NCBI GenBank assembly: GCA_029856155.1
Contig: JAHQWL010000085.1
Coordinates: 1-64,000 of the forward strand
Length of the DNA: 64,000 nt
Direction: 5' to 3'
Origin: Promethearchaeia archaeon
GTDB taxonomy: Archaea > Asgardarchaeota > Lokiarchaeia > Sigyniarchaeales > SOKP01
The translations under genes were made by a program, and so were the position numbers. Of the stretch, positions 9,567 to 20,166 are shown in pieces (the stretch's first letter is position 1; every line of letters starts with the position of its first letter). Below the pieces are notes generated by a model. That model saw nothing but the letters and a program-made list of their open reading frames with translations, was not told the DNA's origin and did not search any database.

Positions 9567-10904
9567 CTACTTAATTTTATATTGACTCTTTAAGAAATTG
9601 ACGATATAGTCTTTCACCTTATCTCGGTCCGGTAAGCTGGCAACCATACCATATATTGCTGCATCACCATCAGTCGATTCTCCGGGATTTTCAACAACGT
9701 CCTTAACTGTTTCTCTGAGATCTTTAAGGAAGGTATCAACAATCTCAGCATGATGAGGATTAACCATCATATGTAAAGCATTCGGAAATTGAATTCGGTC
9801 TAAATGCCAACCCTTTTTATCCATGCGATCTCCTAATTGATAAATATCTATCTTATCTGATGTAAAAGAAAAAACACTCATTACCGGTTTTCCTATTATA
9901 TATAGCTCAGGTATTTGATTTATTCCCTCAATTAATTTCTCTGAAGCATCCATTACGATTTTTGCTAATTTTAAATAACCATCCATTCCAAGGTGTTTCA
10001 ATGCTGCCCATGCTGCTGCGATAGCACCTCCAGGACGAGTTCCTCTCATAGATGGAGAGATGTATATACCACCCGTCCAATCTGTGTATACAGAGAATTG
10101 ATGTTTCCAAATCCTTTCTTTCCTATATAATATTGTAGATGCTCCTTTTGCACCGTAACCATATTTATGAACATCTGCACTAATGGATGTCACACCGGGC
10201 ACAGAAAAATCAAAATCAGGGACTTCATAGCCAAGTTTTTTAACAAAGGGTAACATAAAGCCTCCCAGACATGCATCAACATGTAATCCAATACCATGTT
10301 CTTGAGCAACAATTCCCAATTCAGTAATGGGATCAACAACTCCTCTTGGGAAATCACATGCTGAACCAACAATTAATATGGTATTTTCTGTAATAGCATT
10401 TTTCATTGCATTTACATCTGCTCGATGAGTTTCGCTATCAACCGGTACTTTAACTATTTTTACTTTAAAATAATCAGCAGCTTTATCAAACGAGGGATGA
10501 GCTGAACTAGGTACCACCATTTCTGGTTCTTTTATGTTTGGAAACTTTTCCTCTGCCCAATCTCTGTAGGTTTTAATAGCCATAAGAAGGCTTTCAGTTC
10601 CTCCTGAAGTCATACTTCCACAGCATCTTTTGTCTCCATTAAATAGGTCGACAGTCATTGAAATTACTTCTGTTTCAAACATCCTCAAGCTTGGAAAAGC
10701 CATTGGACTGAGAGCATTCTTAGAAAAAAACATTGTATATGCTTTCTTGAGCATCTCAGTATGCTCATCTGTAGCGTGATATACCAAACTCCATACTTTG
10801 CCATTTCTCCAGTTTATATCATCTTTACGTATATTTTCCATATCTTTCAATAAGTCAGCTTCAGGGATTCCATTTTCTGGTAAAACTACTTTAGGTCTAG
10901 CCAT
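9567..10904 (-). CDS. Group II PLP-dependent enzyme, sphingosine-1-phosphate lyase-like
   Basis: TSGGTES, AHPSFDKAA, LHVDACLGGF, SADVHKYGY (PLP lysine), GTRPGG, C-terminal AAIYGM. Confidence 0.85.
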   Translation of the reverse strand: MARPKVVLPENGIPEADLLKDMENIRKDDINWRNGKVWSLVYHATDEHTEMLKKAYTMFFSKNALSPMAFPSLRMFETEVISMTVDLFNGDKRCCGSMTSGGTESLLMAIKTYRDWAEEKFPNIKEPEMVVPSSAHPSFDKAADYFKVKIVKVPVDSETHRADVNAMKNAITENTILIVGSACDFPRGVVDPITELGIVAQEHGIGLHVDACLGGFMLPFVKKLGYEVPDFDFSVPGVTSISADVHKYGYGAKGASTILYRKERIWKHQFSVYTDWTGGIYISPSMRGTRPGGAIAAAWAALKHLGMDGYLKLAKIVMDASEKLIEGINQIPELYIIGKPVMSVFSFTSDKIDIYQLGDRMDKKGWHLDRIQFPNALHMMVNPHHAEIVDTFLKDLRETVKDVVENPGESTDGDAAIYGMVASLPDRDKVKDYIVNFLKSQYKIK

Positions 10905-10983
10905 TTTATTTTCACATAAGACTATTTTTTTATTAAATATGTTTAGTTAATTTTAAAATAATAATTATTCTAACTTCAAATTT

Positions 10984-12138
10984 TTAAATTTGTAGAGGAT
11001 ATTTCCCATATTCTAAAGTAGCTTCAATCATCCATTTTAAGCGTTCAACAGAAATCTCAGGGTGAAAATTAGCAGGAGATAACATAAATCCGCCTCCAGA
11101 GCCCATCGCTTTGATTGCCTCTTTCACAGCTTGAATAACTTCATTTTTTTGTGCTTTTACCAAGATATGTCTAGTATCGATATTTCCTGATAGACATAAT
11201 TTATCTCCTACTTTCTTTTTGACTAAATATGGATCTACCAATGGAGGTTCTAAGCATTGGAGTCCATCGAAACCAGATTCAACTATAAAATCTAAAAGAC
11301 TAGTAACATCTCCATCCGTATGTAAGATATATTTTCCACCCCAATCATGAATTGCCTCTGCTACTTCTTGATAACGCGGTAATAAATATTCATTAAAGTA
11401 TTTTGGATTTATCATTGGTCCTCCACTATGTGCAATATCTCCACCCTCTAGAAAAATTTTGGCACCACAATCTGAGTATGCTTTAAATACAGTTAAAACG
11501 AAATCTGTAGTATACCTGAAACGCTCCTCGATTAATTTAGGATCATTTTTTAAAGCTCTAACGAAATAGGTCATTCCCATTCCTTGCCAAACGGGGGGAA
11601 AGACTGAAGTTAGGGCGTTTTGAGCAAATATACAAATATCTTCCTTAATATCACGGCACTTCCTAACAACGCCTTTGTAAAATTTTTTAGCCTTTCTGTA
11701 TTCTTCTTTAAGATCTGGTTTTGGGTATGCTTCCCAATCTACTCTATTCTTAATATATCCCCCATAATAATCTGGGTATGGGTTTCCATCAATATTTCTT
11801 ACCTTGTGTCGCTTCCCAAATATATCTGTCATCTCAGTTTGACTTTCGAGGATAAATGGAATGTATTGAATACCAACACCATCAAAGCCTAATTCATAAC
11901 CAGCTCGAACTGTTTTTGCAAAGACACTAATTTCAATATCATCGAGGATTTGATTAATCTTTTCAACCCATTCATCGGGATATTTTTGTTCCATCTCATC
12001 AAAAACGTCAAATGCGGTTTTTTCAGGTTTTCCTAATATCTTATCAGCAACGTTTCCATCAATATTTATTGTATGAGTTGGAATTCTATCTGGTTCTTCC
12101 AGATTTAATGCCGTCCAGATTCGATCAAAACTATCCAT
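10984..12138 (-). CDS. Uroporphyrinogen decarboxylase / MtaA-CmuA methyltransferase family protein
   Basis: EEPDRIP, GDIA, ILHTDG, LCLSGNID, GGGFMLS. Confidence 0.85.
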   Translation of the reverse strand: MDSFDRIWTALNLEEPDRIPTHTINIDGNVADKILGKPEKTAFDVFDEMEQKYPDEWVEKINQILDDIEISVFAKTVRAGYELGFDGVGIQYIPFILESQTEMTDIFGKRHKVRNIDGNPYPDYYGGYIKNRVDWEAYPKPDLKEEYRKAKKFYKGVVRKCRDIKEDICIFAQNALTSVFPPVWQGMGMTYFVRALKNDPKLIEERFRYTTDFVLTVFKAYSDCGAKIFLEGGDIAHSGGPMINPKYFNEYLLPRYQEVAEAIHDWGGKYILHTDGDVTSLLDFIVESGFDGLQCLEPPLVDPYLVKKKVGDKLCLSGNIDTRHILVKAQKNEVIQAVKEAIKAMGSGGGFMLSPANFHPEISVERLKWMIEATLEYGKYPLQI

Positions 12139-12245
12139 AATTAAGTCTTTGTGTAAATATTAAAATTAAAAGGTTAAGAATTTTAAAATTCTAAGATATG
12201 GATAAAAAAATTTCATCTTATTTTTTTTATTAGATAAGTATACAA

Positions 12246-13985
12246 TTAATCATTCATTTGATATGCGTCTTTTAAGGCGTGTACCACGTTCCAGACTTTG
12301 GTAAATCTCTCCTGATCCACATTAGGTTTTTTAATCATCTTTAAACACCATTCCATCTGCTCAGGTTTAGCGCTAGGTTTTTGATAAAGGTTTAAAGCAT
12401 ATTTCGAAAAATCTCTTACCAGAAAATCGAAAATTTGATCAACAGTATCTTCATCAATGTTGTATATCGGAGCATTTTCAATGATAAGGTGAGCATAGAC
12501 AATAAGAGAAAAGATCTCACCAATTCCGGAGAGCATAAAATCCATATCCTTTTGCTGTTCTGCATCTGGAGTCGCTTTAGTTCCTAAAAGGTTGAATAGT
12601 TTTATTTGTTCCAAAAAGATTTTAACATTAGGTAAATTATACTTCTCAAAAGCTGGTTTCCAATCATGAAAGCGCACTCGTCCTAATCCACGAGCAGGCC
12701 CTTGATTGAAAAGAAAATCATCATTTCTTATAGCATCTTGTTTAGGAACTTCTTCATAACTTTTATGATTCATGAAGAAGTTTAGCATAAATTTCAAAAT
12801 TAGGGCAATGTTCACATGAACCGTACCCTCGAGTTTTGGTAAAGCCCGAATATCTGTAGCTGCGTTCTCAAAATACATATCTTTCTCAAAACCCTTTGCT
12901 GCAATAACATCCCATAAGAGATTGATAACTTCTTCCCCTTGTGTTGTTGTCTTCATTTTCATAACAGGAGCATAAAGTAGATAGCGCCGATCTTTTTTAG
13001 AAGCTACGCGCATGTAATCGGCAGTTCTTAAGCCAAATAATTTCATAGCGACCAATCTTGTATAGGCATCAATAAAATTTTGTTTAACGTGTTGAAAATC
13101 AGTGACATACATATTATATAATCTACGATAAGAAGCATGATGAATCGCTTCATAAAAGGCATGCGTACAAATACCGATTGAAGCCCATCCTAGATTATAT
13201 TTACCAACATTTACAGTATTAAGTGAAGCATTCCACGCATCCTCTCCTTTAGAAAGAATTTCATCTTCTGTAATGGGATAATCATGAAGAGCAAAGTTTG
13301 CCACATAATTTTGGCTATCGCAGATATTTTTTTTCAATTCATAATTTTTGTGTTTATAATTTGCTACAAAAAATACATATTGATCTTTATTTTTCATGTT
13401 ATAAGGAGGGATATTTCCATCTATATCAGCAAGTTTACCAAAATTTGAAACCATTTCCGCTTCGTTACCATTACCAATATAATATTTCTCTCCATTAGCC
13501 CTATAAGTTTCATCTTCTTGTAATGTAAGCTTCATCTCAGTTCCATAAATATCTGCTCCGTGCGCTTTTTCTGAAAGGCCAAACGCAAATATGGCTCCTT
13601 CATTAAGTAATTGAGCTGCCTTCTTCTTCATTATTTCGTTCTTACTCATCCATATGGGTCCAAGTCCTAGAATGGAGACTTGCCAAGTATACCAATAATT
13701 AAGACCATAAAACGCAAGAATTTCGTTAAATTCGCAAATACGCCATGTATCCCAACGATAATTCTCATCATTACCATATGGAGTGGGTGTTAGAAGCTGT
13801 GCAAAAATTTTGTTGTTTTTTTGAAACTCAATAAAATCAGAATACCAAACCCTTTCGTGATAATCTTCTTTTAGTTTTGCTTTCCCCTTCTTTTCGAAAA
13901 AATCAATAGTTTTAAGCATAATATCCTTAGACTTCTCATCGGGATAATAGCGATCATGCTTTTTAGGATTTAATAAAATTGTCAT
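12246..13985 (-). CDS. Acyl-CoA dehydrogenase
   Basis: AFGLSEKAHGAD, NGEKYYIGN, LPKLEGT. Confidence 0.9.
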   Translation of the reverse strand: MTILLNPKKHDRYYPDEKSKDIMLKTIDFFEKKGKAKLKEDYHERVWYSDFIEFQKNNKIFAQLLTPTPYGNDENYRWDTWRICEFNEILAFYGLNYWYTWQVSILGLGPIWMSKNEIMKKKAAQLLNEGAIFAFGLSEKAHGADIYGTEMKLTLQEDETYRANGEKYYIGNGNEAEMVSNFGKLADIDGNIPPYNMKNKDQYVFFVANYKHKNYELKKNICDSQNYVANFALHDYPITEDEILSKGEDAWNASLNTVNVGKYNLGWASIGICTHAFYEAIHHASYRRLYNMYVTDFQHVKQNFIDAYTRLVAMKLFGLRTADYMRVASKKDRRYLLYAPVMKMKTTTQGEEVINLLWDVIAAKGFEKDMYFENAATDIRALPKLEGTVHVNIALILKFMLNFFMNHKSYEEVPKQDAIRNDDFLFNQGPARGLGRVRFHDWKPAFEKYNLPNVKIFLEQIKLFNLLGTKATPDAEQQKDMDFMLSGIGEIFSLIVYAHLIIENAPIYNIDEDTVDQIFDFLVRDFSKYALNLYQKPSAKPEQMEWCLKMIKKPNVDQERFTKVWNVVHALKDAYQMND

Positions 13986-14314
13986 TAGTTTACATTTCTC
14001 TGTTTAATTATTTGATTAATTTGAAAAATCGTTAAGAAATTATAAAAATTGGGATTATTAACGTTTTATCAATCATCAGGAAAGAAGGGCTTATAGGACT
14101 ATTAGAAATTGTTAAAAATCGGGGATTTCAGTTAAATCAAAAATTAGTTAATGAATGCCATCTAAATGATGATGTGAGGAAATATTTACAACCACTCTAT
14201 CCTTACTCCTTAACTCCTATATATTGCTATTAGTGTTTCAACCTAATAAACTAATAATTTTATATATAGAGCAATCATCTATACTATTATAAAACTTTTT
14301 GAGGGTTTTTCTAT

Positions 14315-15865
14315 ATGAATAAAAAATCTAAAACTTATTTGATTCCTTTTGTGATTTTTATTATTTCTTTAGTTTTGTTTTCTTTTAAAATGCCAATTTC
14401 CAATCAAAATCAAGAATTAAATGATAAAAATTTAAATCTTAGAGTAAGTGGCATGGATTATAGTAATGCAACAGTAATTTCTGACGGTATTCAAGATATT
14501 ATCTGGAATGATGGTGTGAGTCGTTATCCAGACATTGCTTTAGATCACTTGGGTAATGTTCATGTAGTATGGGCAGATGATACTGATGGGATCTGGGGAA
14601 CTGATTATGAAATTATGTACGCTAGTTATACAGCAAGCTCAGGATGGTCGTTCGCCACTGTGATTTCTGATGGTTATGATGATATCTATTGGAATAATGA
14701 TTGGAGTGTTAATCCTGTTATAGCCATAGATAGCTCAAATAATATACATGTGGTATGGGCAGACGAGACTAATGGGATCTGGGGTACTGATACAGAAATA
14801 ATGCATGTAAGTTATTCCAGTTCTACAGGGTGGTCAAATGTTACTGTGATTTCTGATGGATATAATAATAATTATTGGAATAGTGATGATAGTCTACAAC
14901 CAGCAATCACAATTGACAACAATGATAACATTCATGTAGTATGGTGTGATAATACAAATGGTATATGGGGATCTGATTGGGAGATAATGTACGCTAGTTA
15001 TTCCGCAAGTACTGGTTGGTCTAATGCTACAGTTATTTCTGATGGATATAATGATATCTATTGGAATGATGACAGCAGTACGCATCCGTCAATCGCTTCG
15101 GATAATACAGGGGATATTCATGTTGTTTGGCAAGATAATTCTATTGGAGTTTGGGGTATTGATGCAGAAATAATGTATGCTCGCTATTCTACAAGCTTAG
15201 GGTGGTCTAATGCCACAGTTATTTCTGATGGACACAATAATATTTATTGGAATGATGGTCATAGCGTTGATCCAGATATCGCAATAGACAGCTCAAATAA
15301 TGTCCATGTGGTATGGAGCGATAATACTGATGGTGCTTGGGGCAGTGATGAAGAAATTATGTATACGAGTTATATATTAGACTGGGCCATTCCCATTGTA
15401 ATCTCTGATGGATATGATGATATCTTTTGGAATAATGGAGAAAGTATATCTCCTTCTATTACGATCAATCCAAATAATATTATTTATGTAGCATGGGAAG
15501 ATGACACACTAGGAGCTTGGGGTGGTGGAGATTCCATTGATGAGGAAATAATGTGTGTTAATTATACAGTAGGAGATGGCTGGTCTGATGTCACTATAAT
15601 TTCGGATGGAGCGGGTGGTATTTATTGGAATGACCATATCAGCCGAGAAGTTTCAATTGTTGCTGGGACTAATATTGTTCATGCCGTATGGCAAGATAAC
15701 ACTAATGGGATTTGGGGAATTGATGAAGAAATAATGTATACAACTATTTCAATTCCAATTGTTCCAGGAGGGAAAGGGATTCCATTTGGTAATGTTTACT
15801 TATTAATCACATTAGTATCTACGGTAGCGCTAGTAATTTTAGTTAAAAAAAAAAATAAATTCTAA
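14315..15865 (+). CDS. Surface-exposed protein with seven ~62-aa repeats (probable beta-propeller) and C-terminal IPFG-TM-KKK sorting tail
   Basis: N-terminal signal/TM; 7x xVISDG...WN...HVVW.D.T.G.WG.D.EIM; Loki-CTERM-like tail. Confidence 0.8.
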   Translation: MNKKSKTYLIPFVIFIISLVLFSFKMPISNQNQELNDKNLNLRVSGMDYSNATVISDGIQDIIWNDGVSRYPDIALDHLGNVHVVWADDTDGIWGTDYEIMYASYTASSGWSFATVISDGYDDIYWNNDWSVNPVIAIDSSNNIHVVWADETNGIWGTDTEIMHVSYSSSTGWSNVTVISDGYNNNYWNSDDSLQPAITIDNNDNIHVVWCDNTNGIWGSDWEIMYASYSASTGWSNATVISDGYNDIYWNDDSSTHPSIASDNTGDIHVVWQDNSIGVWGIDAEIMYARYSTSLGWSNATVISDGHNNIYWNDGHSVDPDIAIDSSNNVHVVWSDNTDGAWGSDEEIMYTSYILDWAIPIVISDGYDDIFWNNGESISPSITINPNNIIYVAWEDDTLGAWGGGDSIDEEIMCVNYTVGDGWSDVTIISDGAGGIYWNDHISREVSIVAGTNIVHAVWQDNTNGIWGIDEEIMYTTISIPIVPGGKGIPFGNVYLLITLVSTVALVILVKKKNKF

Positions 15866-16050
15866 TTTTTTTATATATATTTAGTTCCATTGAGTTCAAT
15901 AAGCTTTAATTCTATAAGATTATTATTAGTATCTCTTTATAATTGCTATATTTTAACAATTTTATTTAATAGCAAATAATAGCAATTGTTTTTTGCAAAA
16001 AGAAATTTAATTAATATTGATCTTAATTACGAATTTATTTTCATAAGATA

Positions 16051-18000
16051 ATGAGTAAAAACATAATTGTTAATGGAAAATTTGGTGATGAAGGGTTTCT
16101 TTTAGGAAATGAAGCGATTGTTCGTGGTGCTCTAGAAAGTGGTATTGATATCTATACTTATTACCCGGGTACGCCCAGCTCTGAAGTTGGAGAAACATTT
16201 ACGGATATTTACAAGGAAACAGGAATGAAATGGGTTGAATGCAGTATTAACGAAAAAGTGGCGATAGAAGTTGCAGGGGCTGCTTATGCTAGAGGTGCCA
16301 CTGCAATGGTCGGCATGAAAAATGTTGGGTTAAATGTGGCTTCAGATCCTTTATTTGCTCTTGCTACAACGCGACCAAATAATAAAAATTCAGCTATGGT
16401 TATTTTAGTTGCTGATGATCCTCAACAGTATTCGAGTGCGGTAGAAATGGATTCTCGAAATTATTTAAAACTTTTTAAAATTCCCGCATTAGAACCCAGT
16501 AATCCTCAGGAATGTTTGGATTTTACTAAAGAAGCATTTAAAATATCGAGGAAATTAAAGCTTCCCGTATTATTAAGGACAGTTACAATGGTTTCTCACG
16601 CTAGGAGTAATGTAATTATTGGAGAAATAAAGCAATCGAAAATTGAAGAGGATTTTGATTTACCAAAAGAAGTTAATGTAGCACTTAGAATTTTTTTTTT
16701 AGATATGAAGGAAAATCACATATATAATAGAATGAAGGAAGCATTAGAAATGTCTGAAAACAGTACGTTAAACAGAGTTGAAAATGAGGACGCTATAAAT
16801 GAGTTTAAGTTAGGAATCATAACTAGTGGTGTATCATACACTTATGTACTCGAAGCACTACGGTTTCTTGAATTAAATGTACCACTTCTTAAAATCGGCT
16901 TTATAAATCCCATTCCAGTTAAAAAAATAACCTCTTTTCTTGAGACATATGACCAAGTATTTATTATAGAAGAAAACGATACCTTTCTCGAAACTCAGAT
17001 TCTTGCTATTGCCCAAATGAATAAGCTTAAAGTGATAATTCATGGGAAGGATCCATTCTCCTATTCTAAAAAAAATTCACTGTTGCCTTTTGTGGGAGAA
17101 TTGAATCCTACTTTAGTTGCTTTAGCATTGATAAAAATAACTAATTTAAAACCTAAAGTAGACATAAACGAAATTAATGAGAAAAAATACAATATAATGG
17201 AAAGAAAACCAATAATGTGTGCTGGATGTCCCCATAGAACAACAGGATATGCATTACAAAAAGCAGTTAAAAAAATTAAATCAAAAACAGGAAAAAATAT
17301 TTATTTTTATCAAGATATAGGGTGTTATACGCTATTAGCGTTGCCTCCTTTTTCATTTGCTAATGTTAAGTACTGTATGGGATCAAGTATAGCATTAGCT
17401 CAAGGAGTCGCTCGAACAAGTGAGAGTTTGAACATCGCAATCATAGGAGATGGTACATTTTTTCATTCTGGAATTCCTGCACTTCTAAATGGCATCTATA
17501 ATAAAACCCCAATTTTAGTTTTAATATTAGATAATGGATGGATCGGAATGACAGGTCAACAACCTCATCCAGGAAGTGATACTCGTTATTATAAAGAGGG
17601 AAATCTTAAGAAAAGTATAGATTTAGAACAGTTTTTGCGAGGTACTGGAGCTAATGTTGCAGCAATTAAGCACTATGAAAATATTGATGAGAGATATACT
17701 TCAAATTTAAAAAATCTCATTTTTGAAAAGGGAGTTGATATAGCAGAAAATAAAAATTTACATGTTATTCTCATAAAAGACGAATGTATTCAAAAAATTG
17801 TGAAAAGACAACCAATAATAATAAGATATGTTGATACTGAACTATGTAATAATTGTGGTATATGTTACAGTCAATTTTTATGTCCTGCTATTGATGAGAG
17901 AGACAATTCTGCCTTCATTGATTCAAATTTGTGCTTAGGATGTGGTATATGTGAAGAGATTTGCCCTAATAATGCTATTAATATGGAGGACGTATTATGA
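16051..18000 (+). CDS. iorA: Indolepyruvate:ferredoxin oxidoreductase alpha subunit
   Basis: LLGNEAIVRG, YPGTPSSE, NEKVA, CAGCPHR, DIGCY, GDGTFFHSG, two C-terminal 4Fe-4S motifs. Confidence 0.92.
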   Translation: MSKNIIVNGKFGDEGFLLGNEAIVRGALESGIDIYTYYPGTPSSEVGETFTDIYKETGMKWVECSINEKVAIEVAGAAYARGATAMVGMKNVGLNVASDPLFALATTRPNNKNSAMVILVADDPQQYSSAVEMDSRNYLKLFKIPALEPSNPQECLDFTKEAFKISRKLKLPVLLRTVTMVSHARSNVIIGEIKQSKIEEDFDLPKEVNVALRIFFLDMKENHIYNRMKEALEMSENSTLNRVENEDAINEFKLGIITSGVSYTYVLEALRFLELNVPLLKIGFINPIPVKKITSFLETYDQVFIIEENDTFLETQILAIAQMNKLKVIIHGKDPFSYSKKNSLLPFVGELNPTLVALALIKITNLKPKVDINEINEKKYNIMERKPIMCAGCPHRTTGYALQKAVKKIKSKTGKNIYFYQDIGCYTLLALPPFSFANVKYCMGSSIALAQGVARTSESLNIAIIGDGTFFHSGIPALLNGIYNKTPILVLILDNGWIGMTGQQPHPGSDTRYYKEGNLKKSIDLEQFLRGTGANVAAIKHYENIDERYTSNLKNLIFEKGVDIAENKNLHVILIKDECIQKIVKRQPIIIRYVDTELCNNCGICYSQFLCPAIDERDNSAFIDSNLCLGCGICEEICPNNAINMEDVL

Positions 18001-18575
18001 CTTTCGATAATTATACTATTGTAATTACCGGCTTAGGTGGACAAGGCTTAATTCGATTATTACAAATTTTAGGAAACGCCTTGGTGAATCAAGGGTATAA
18101 AGTAATAACCTCTGAAACCCATGGTCTTAGTCAAAGAGGAGGTAAAGTGACATGTTTCCTTCGCTTTGGAAATAAGTTGAAAGCTCCAATACCAATGATA
18201 GGATCAGCTGATATGATAATTGCTTTAGAAGAAAGCAGTATCATAGATGTGTTAAAATATGCTAAAATTGACAAAACTACCAAATTAATTATATCTACTT
18301 ATGAAAACCATAATATTGGTAAGGAATATCCTTCTTTAGATTATCTATTAAAAATTCTATATGAAAATTCAGACTATATTTATTTTATCCCCACTATGGA
18401 AATGGCCGTAAAGCATACTAATAATCTAAAAACCATGAATATTGTAATATTAGGCTACATCCTCAGATTTCTACCATTAAAACACTCTATTATTGAGGAA
18501 TCAATAAAACAGAATTTCTCAGGGGAAGCTTTAGAAATGAATTTAAATGCATTTAATGAAGCATTTAACTTATAA
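17997..18575 (+). CDS. iorB: Indolepyruvate:ferredoxin oxidoreductase beta subunit
   Basis: GLGGQG, SETHGLSQRGG; ATGA overlap with iorA. Confidence 0.92.
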   Translation: MTFDNYTIVITGLGGQGLIRLLQILGNALVNQGYKVITSETHGLSQRGGKVTCFLRFGNKLKAPIPMIGSADMIIALEESSIIDVLKYAKIDKTTKLIISTYENHNIGKEYPSLDYLLKILYENSDYIYFIPTMEMAVKHTNNLKTMNIVILGYILRFLPLKHSIIEESIKQNFSGEALEMNLNAFNEAFNL

Positions 18576-19943
18576 ATGTTTTTGGAGGTTTGAAATCTTC
18601 TTTTCTAACTTTTTAATTTGAGATTCGTGCCCATTTAAGTCTTGGACATTTTTTAAAATTTGTAATCCTTGTTTATAATAATTAATGGCTTTGATGTAAT
18701 CTTTCCTTTTCTCAGCTTTTTCACCTACTTTTAAAGCGTACTCTAGTTCTAAATCTTTAATTTTTTTATCGAGTTCTAAGACCATGAAGGAAATTCTCCC
18801 AACTTCGTCCTTAATATCAAATCCTGATGCCAAATAAAGCGCCATTTCATATTCTTTTTGTGCTTCTTTATAAGCTAACCCCTTTTCAGCAGTTTCAGCT
18901 TTTTTGACATAAGAATTAATGGAGGTTTTAACTTCTTCTTCACTCATATACGTTGCTTTTTCTTTCAACTCACTTATTTCATCATCATTGGCAATTATTG
19001 AAGAAATTAATTCATTTCGATCTATTCTCACTGCTCGTGACTCTTGAAAATCACTAATAGATTCTTCAACAGTTTCAATAGTAGTAGGAAAGATGATTTT
19101 TTTTTCAATAAGCCGATAAACTTCATAAAGAATTTTATTTGCGTCAATATGAACAATTTTTTGGACTTCATCAATTAAATTGATAATAAAAAAGAATGAT
19201 TTTGAGGCAAGTAATTCTTTCGCAAAATCTATTATAGCTTTTTGAATAGGATTCTTTTTGATTTTATCTAATTCATCTGGTAATAGTGTATGGGTTAGCA
19301 CCATTGGAAATACTAATTTAACGTTAAAAGTATCTATCATATAATCAAGAGTATCTTCAAAATGCATTTTCCCTTTTCTTATATGTTCTCCAATTTTATC
19401 AAGATATATACTCTCATAATCTCTTAAGAACTCACTTACAAGAATTTTCAAACTGTCGGAAACCTTATGATCTAGAACCAAACAGATTCTAATAAATTGA
19501 CCATTTTTCAGTAAAATATTGAATGTTTCATATTGAAATTCATAAAATTGATAATTCCCTCCTTGTGTTCCATCTCCTTCTGAAGCAGCACTTGATTCTG
19601 AAAAAGTTATATTAGCTTGGATAAATCCCGTTAGTAATTCTGTATTTACCCCTGCTCCCGAAATAGGATAATCTAATAGAGCTAATCCAGATTCTTTAGC
19701 CATTAATAAAATGTGTTTTATATTTAAAACATCTAAAAACTTTTGCCATATTAAGTCTTGAAACAATTGAACGCGTTTTTCTTCAGAATCAATTATAGTG
19801 AATTTAATGTTATAATTAAGATTTAAACCAAATTTTTGAAGTTTAGCTTTAACACATTCCTTACAAAAATCTGGATATTTATTACAATTATCTTTTTCTA
19901 ATCCACAATCAAATCCAACCGGACTAATTTGAAAATATACCAT
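18570..19943 (-). CDS. Asgard-type multidomain protein: Cys-rich N-terminus, longin/roadblock-like domain, C-terminal TPR-like helices
   Basis: C..C..CxxC; HILLMAKESGLALLDY...LLTGFIQANITF; KAEKRKDYIKAINYYKQGL. Confidence 0.6.
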   Translation of the reverse strand: MVYFQISPVGFDCGLEKDNCNKYPDFCKECVKAKLQKFGLNLNYNIKFTIIDSEEKRVQLFQDLIWQKFLDVLNIKHILLMAKESGLALLDYPISGAGVNTELLTGFIQANITFSESSAASEGDGTQGGNYQFYEFQYETFNILLKNGQFIRICLVLDHKVSDSLKILVSEFLRDYESIYLDKIGEHIRKGKMHFEDTLDYMIDTFNVKLVFPMVLTHTLLPDELDKIKKNPIQKAIIDFAKELLASKSFFFIINLIDEVQKIVHIDANKILYEVYRLIEKKIIFPTTIETVEESISDFQESRAVRIDRNELISSIIANDDEISELKEKATYMSEEEVKTSINSYVKKAETAEKGLAYKEAQKEYEMALYLASGFDIKDEVGRISFMVLELDKKIKDLELEYALKVGEKAEKRKDYIKAINYYKQGLQILKNVQDLNGHESQIKKLEKKISNLQKHL

Positions 19944-20166
19944 TTATTTCCAATATCTCTTTTTTACGTTCTTTTAAATTGATAATAATAATTAAAATAT
20001 TTTGTTCATAATTTGTTTTTACTTATATTCCCCGCAATCATATAATAGTTTCATTGTTTTTATAATTTTAGAAGCGTATCGATTCTGTGATACTATAACG
20101 AAAATTCAAAATTTAAAGGTTTAGATTAGTGAATGATTAATTCTCAATTATATAGAATGTGAATTT

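Noticed and set aside
14100-14230. C/D-box sRNA (ATGATGA near 14166)
   Set aside because: No suitably placed CTGA D box or terminal stem.
15941-15987. Inverted repeat AATTGCTAT...ATAGCAATT upstream of iorA
   Set aside because: Only 9-bp AT-rich arms with a 29-nt spacer; could arise by chance in this composition.
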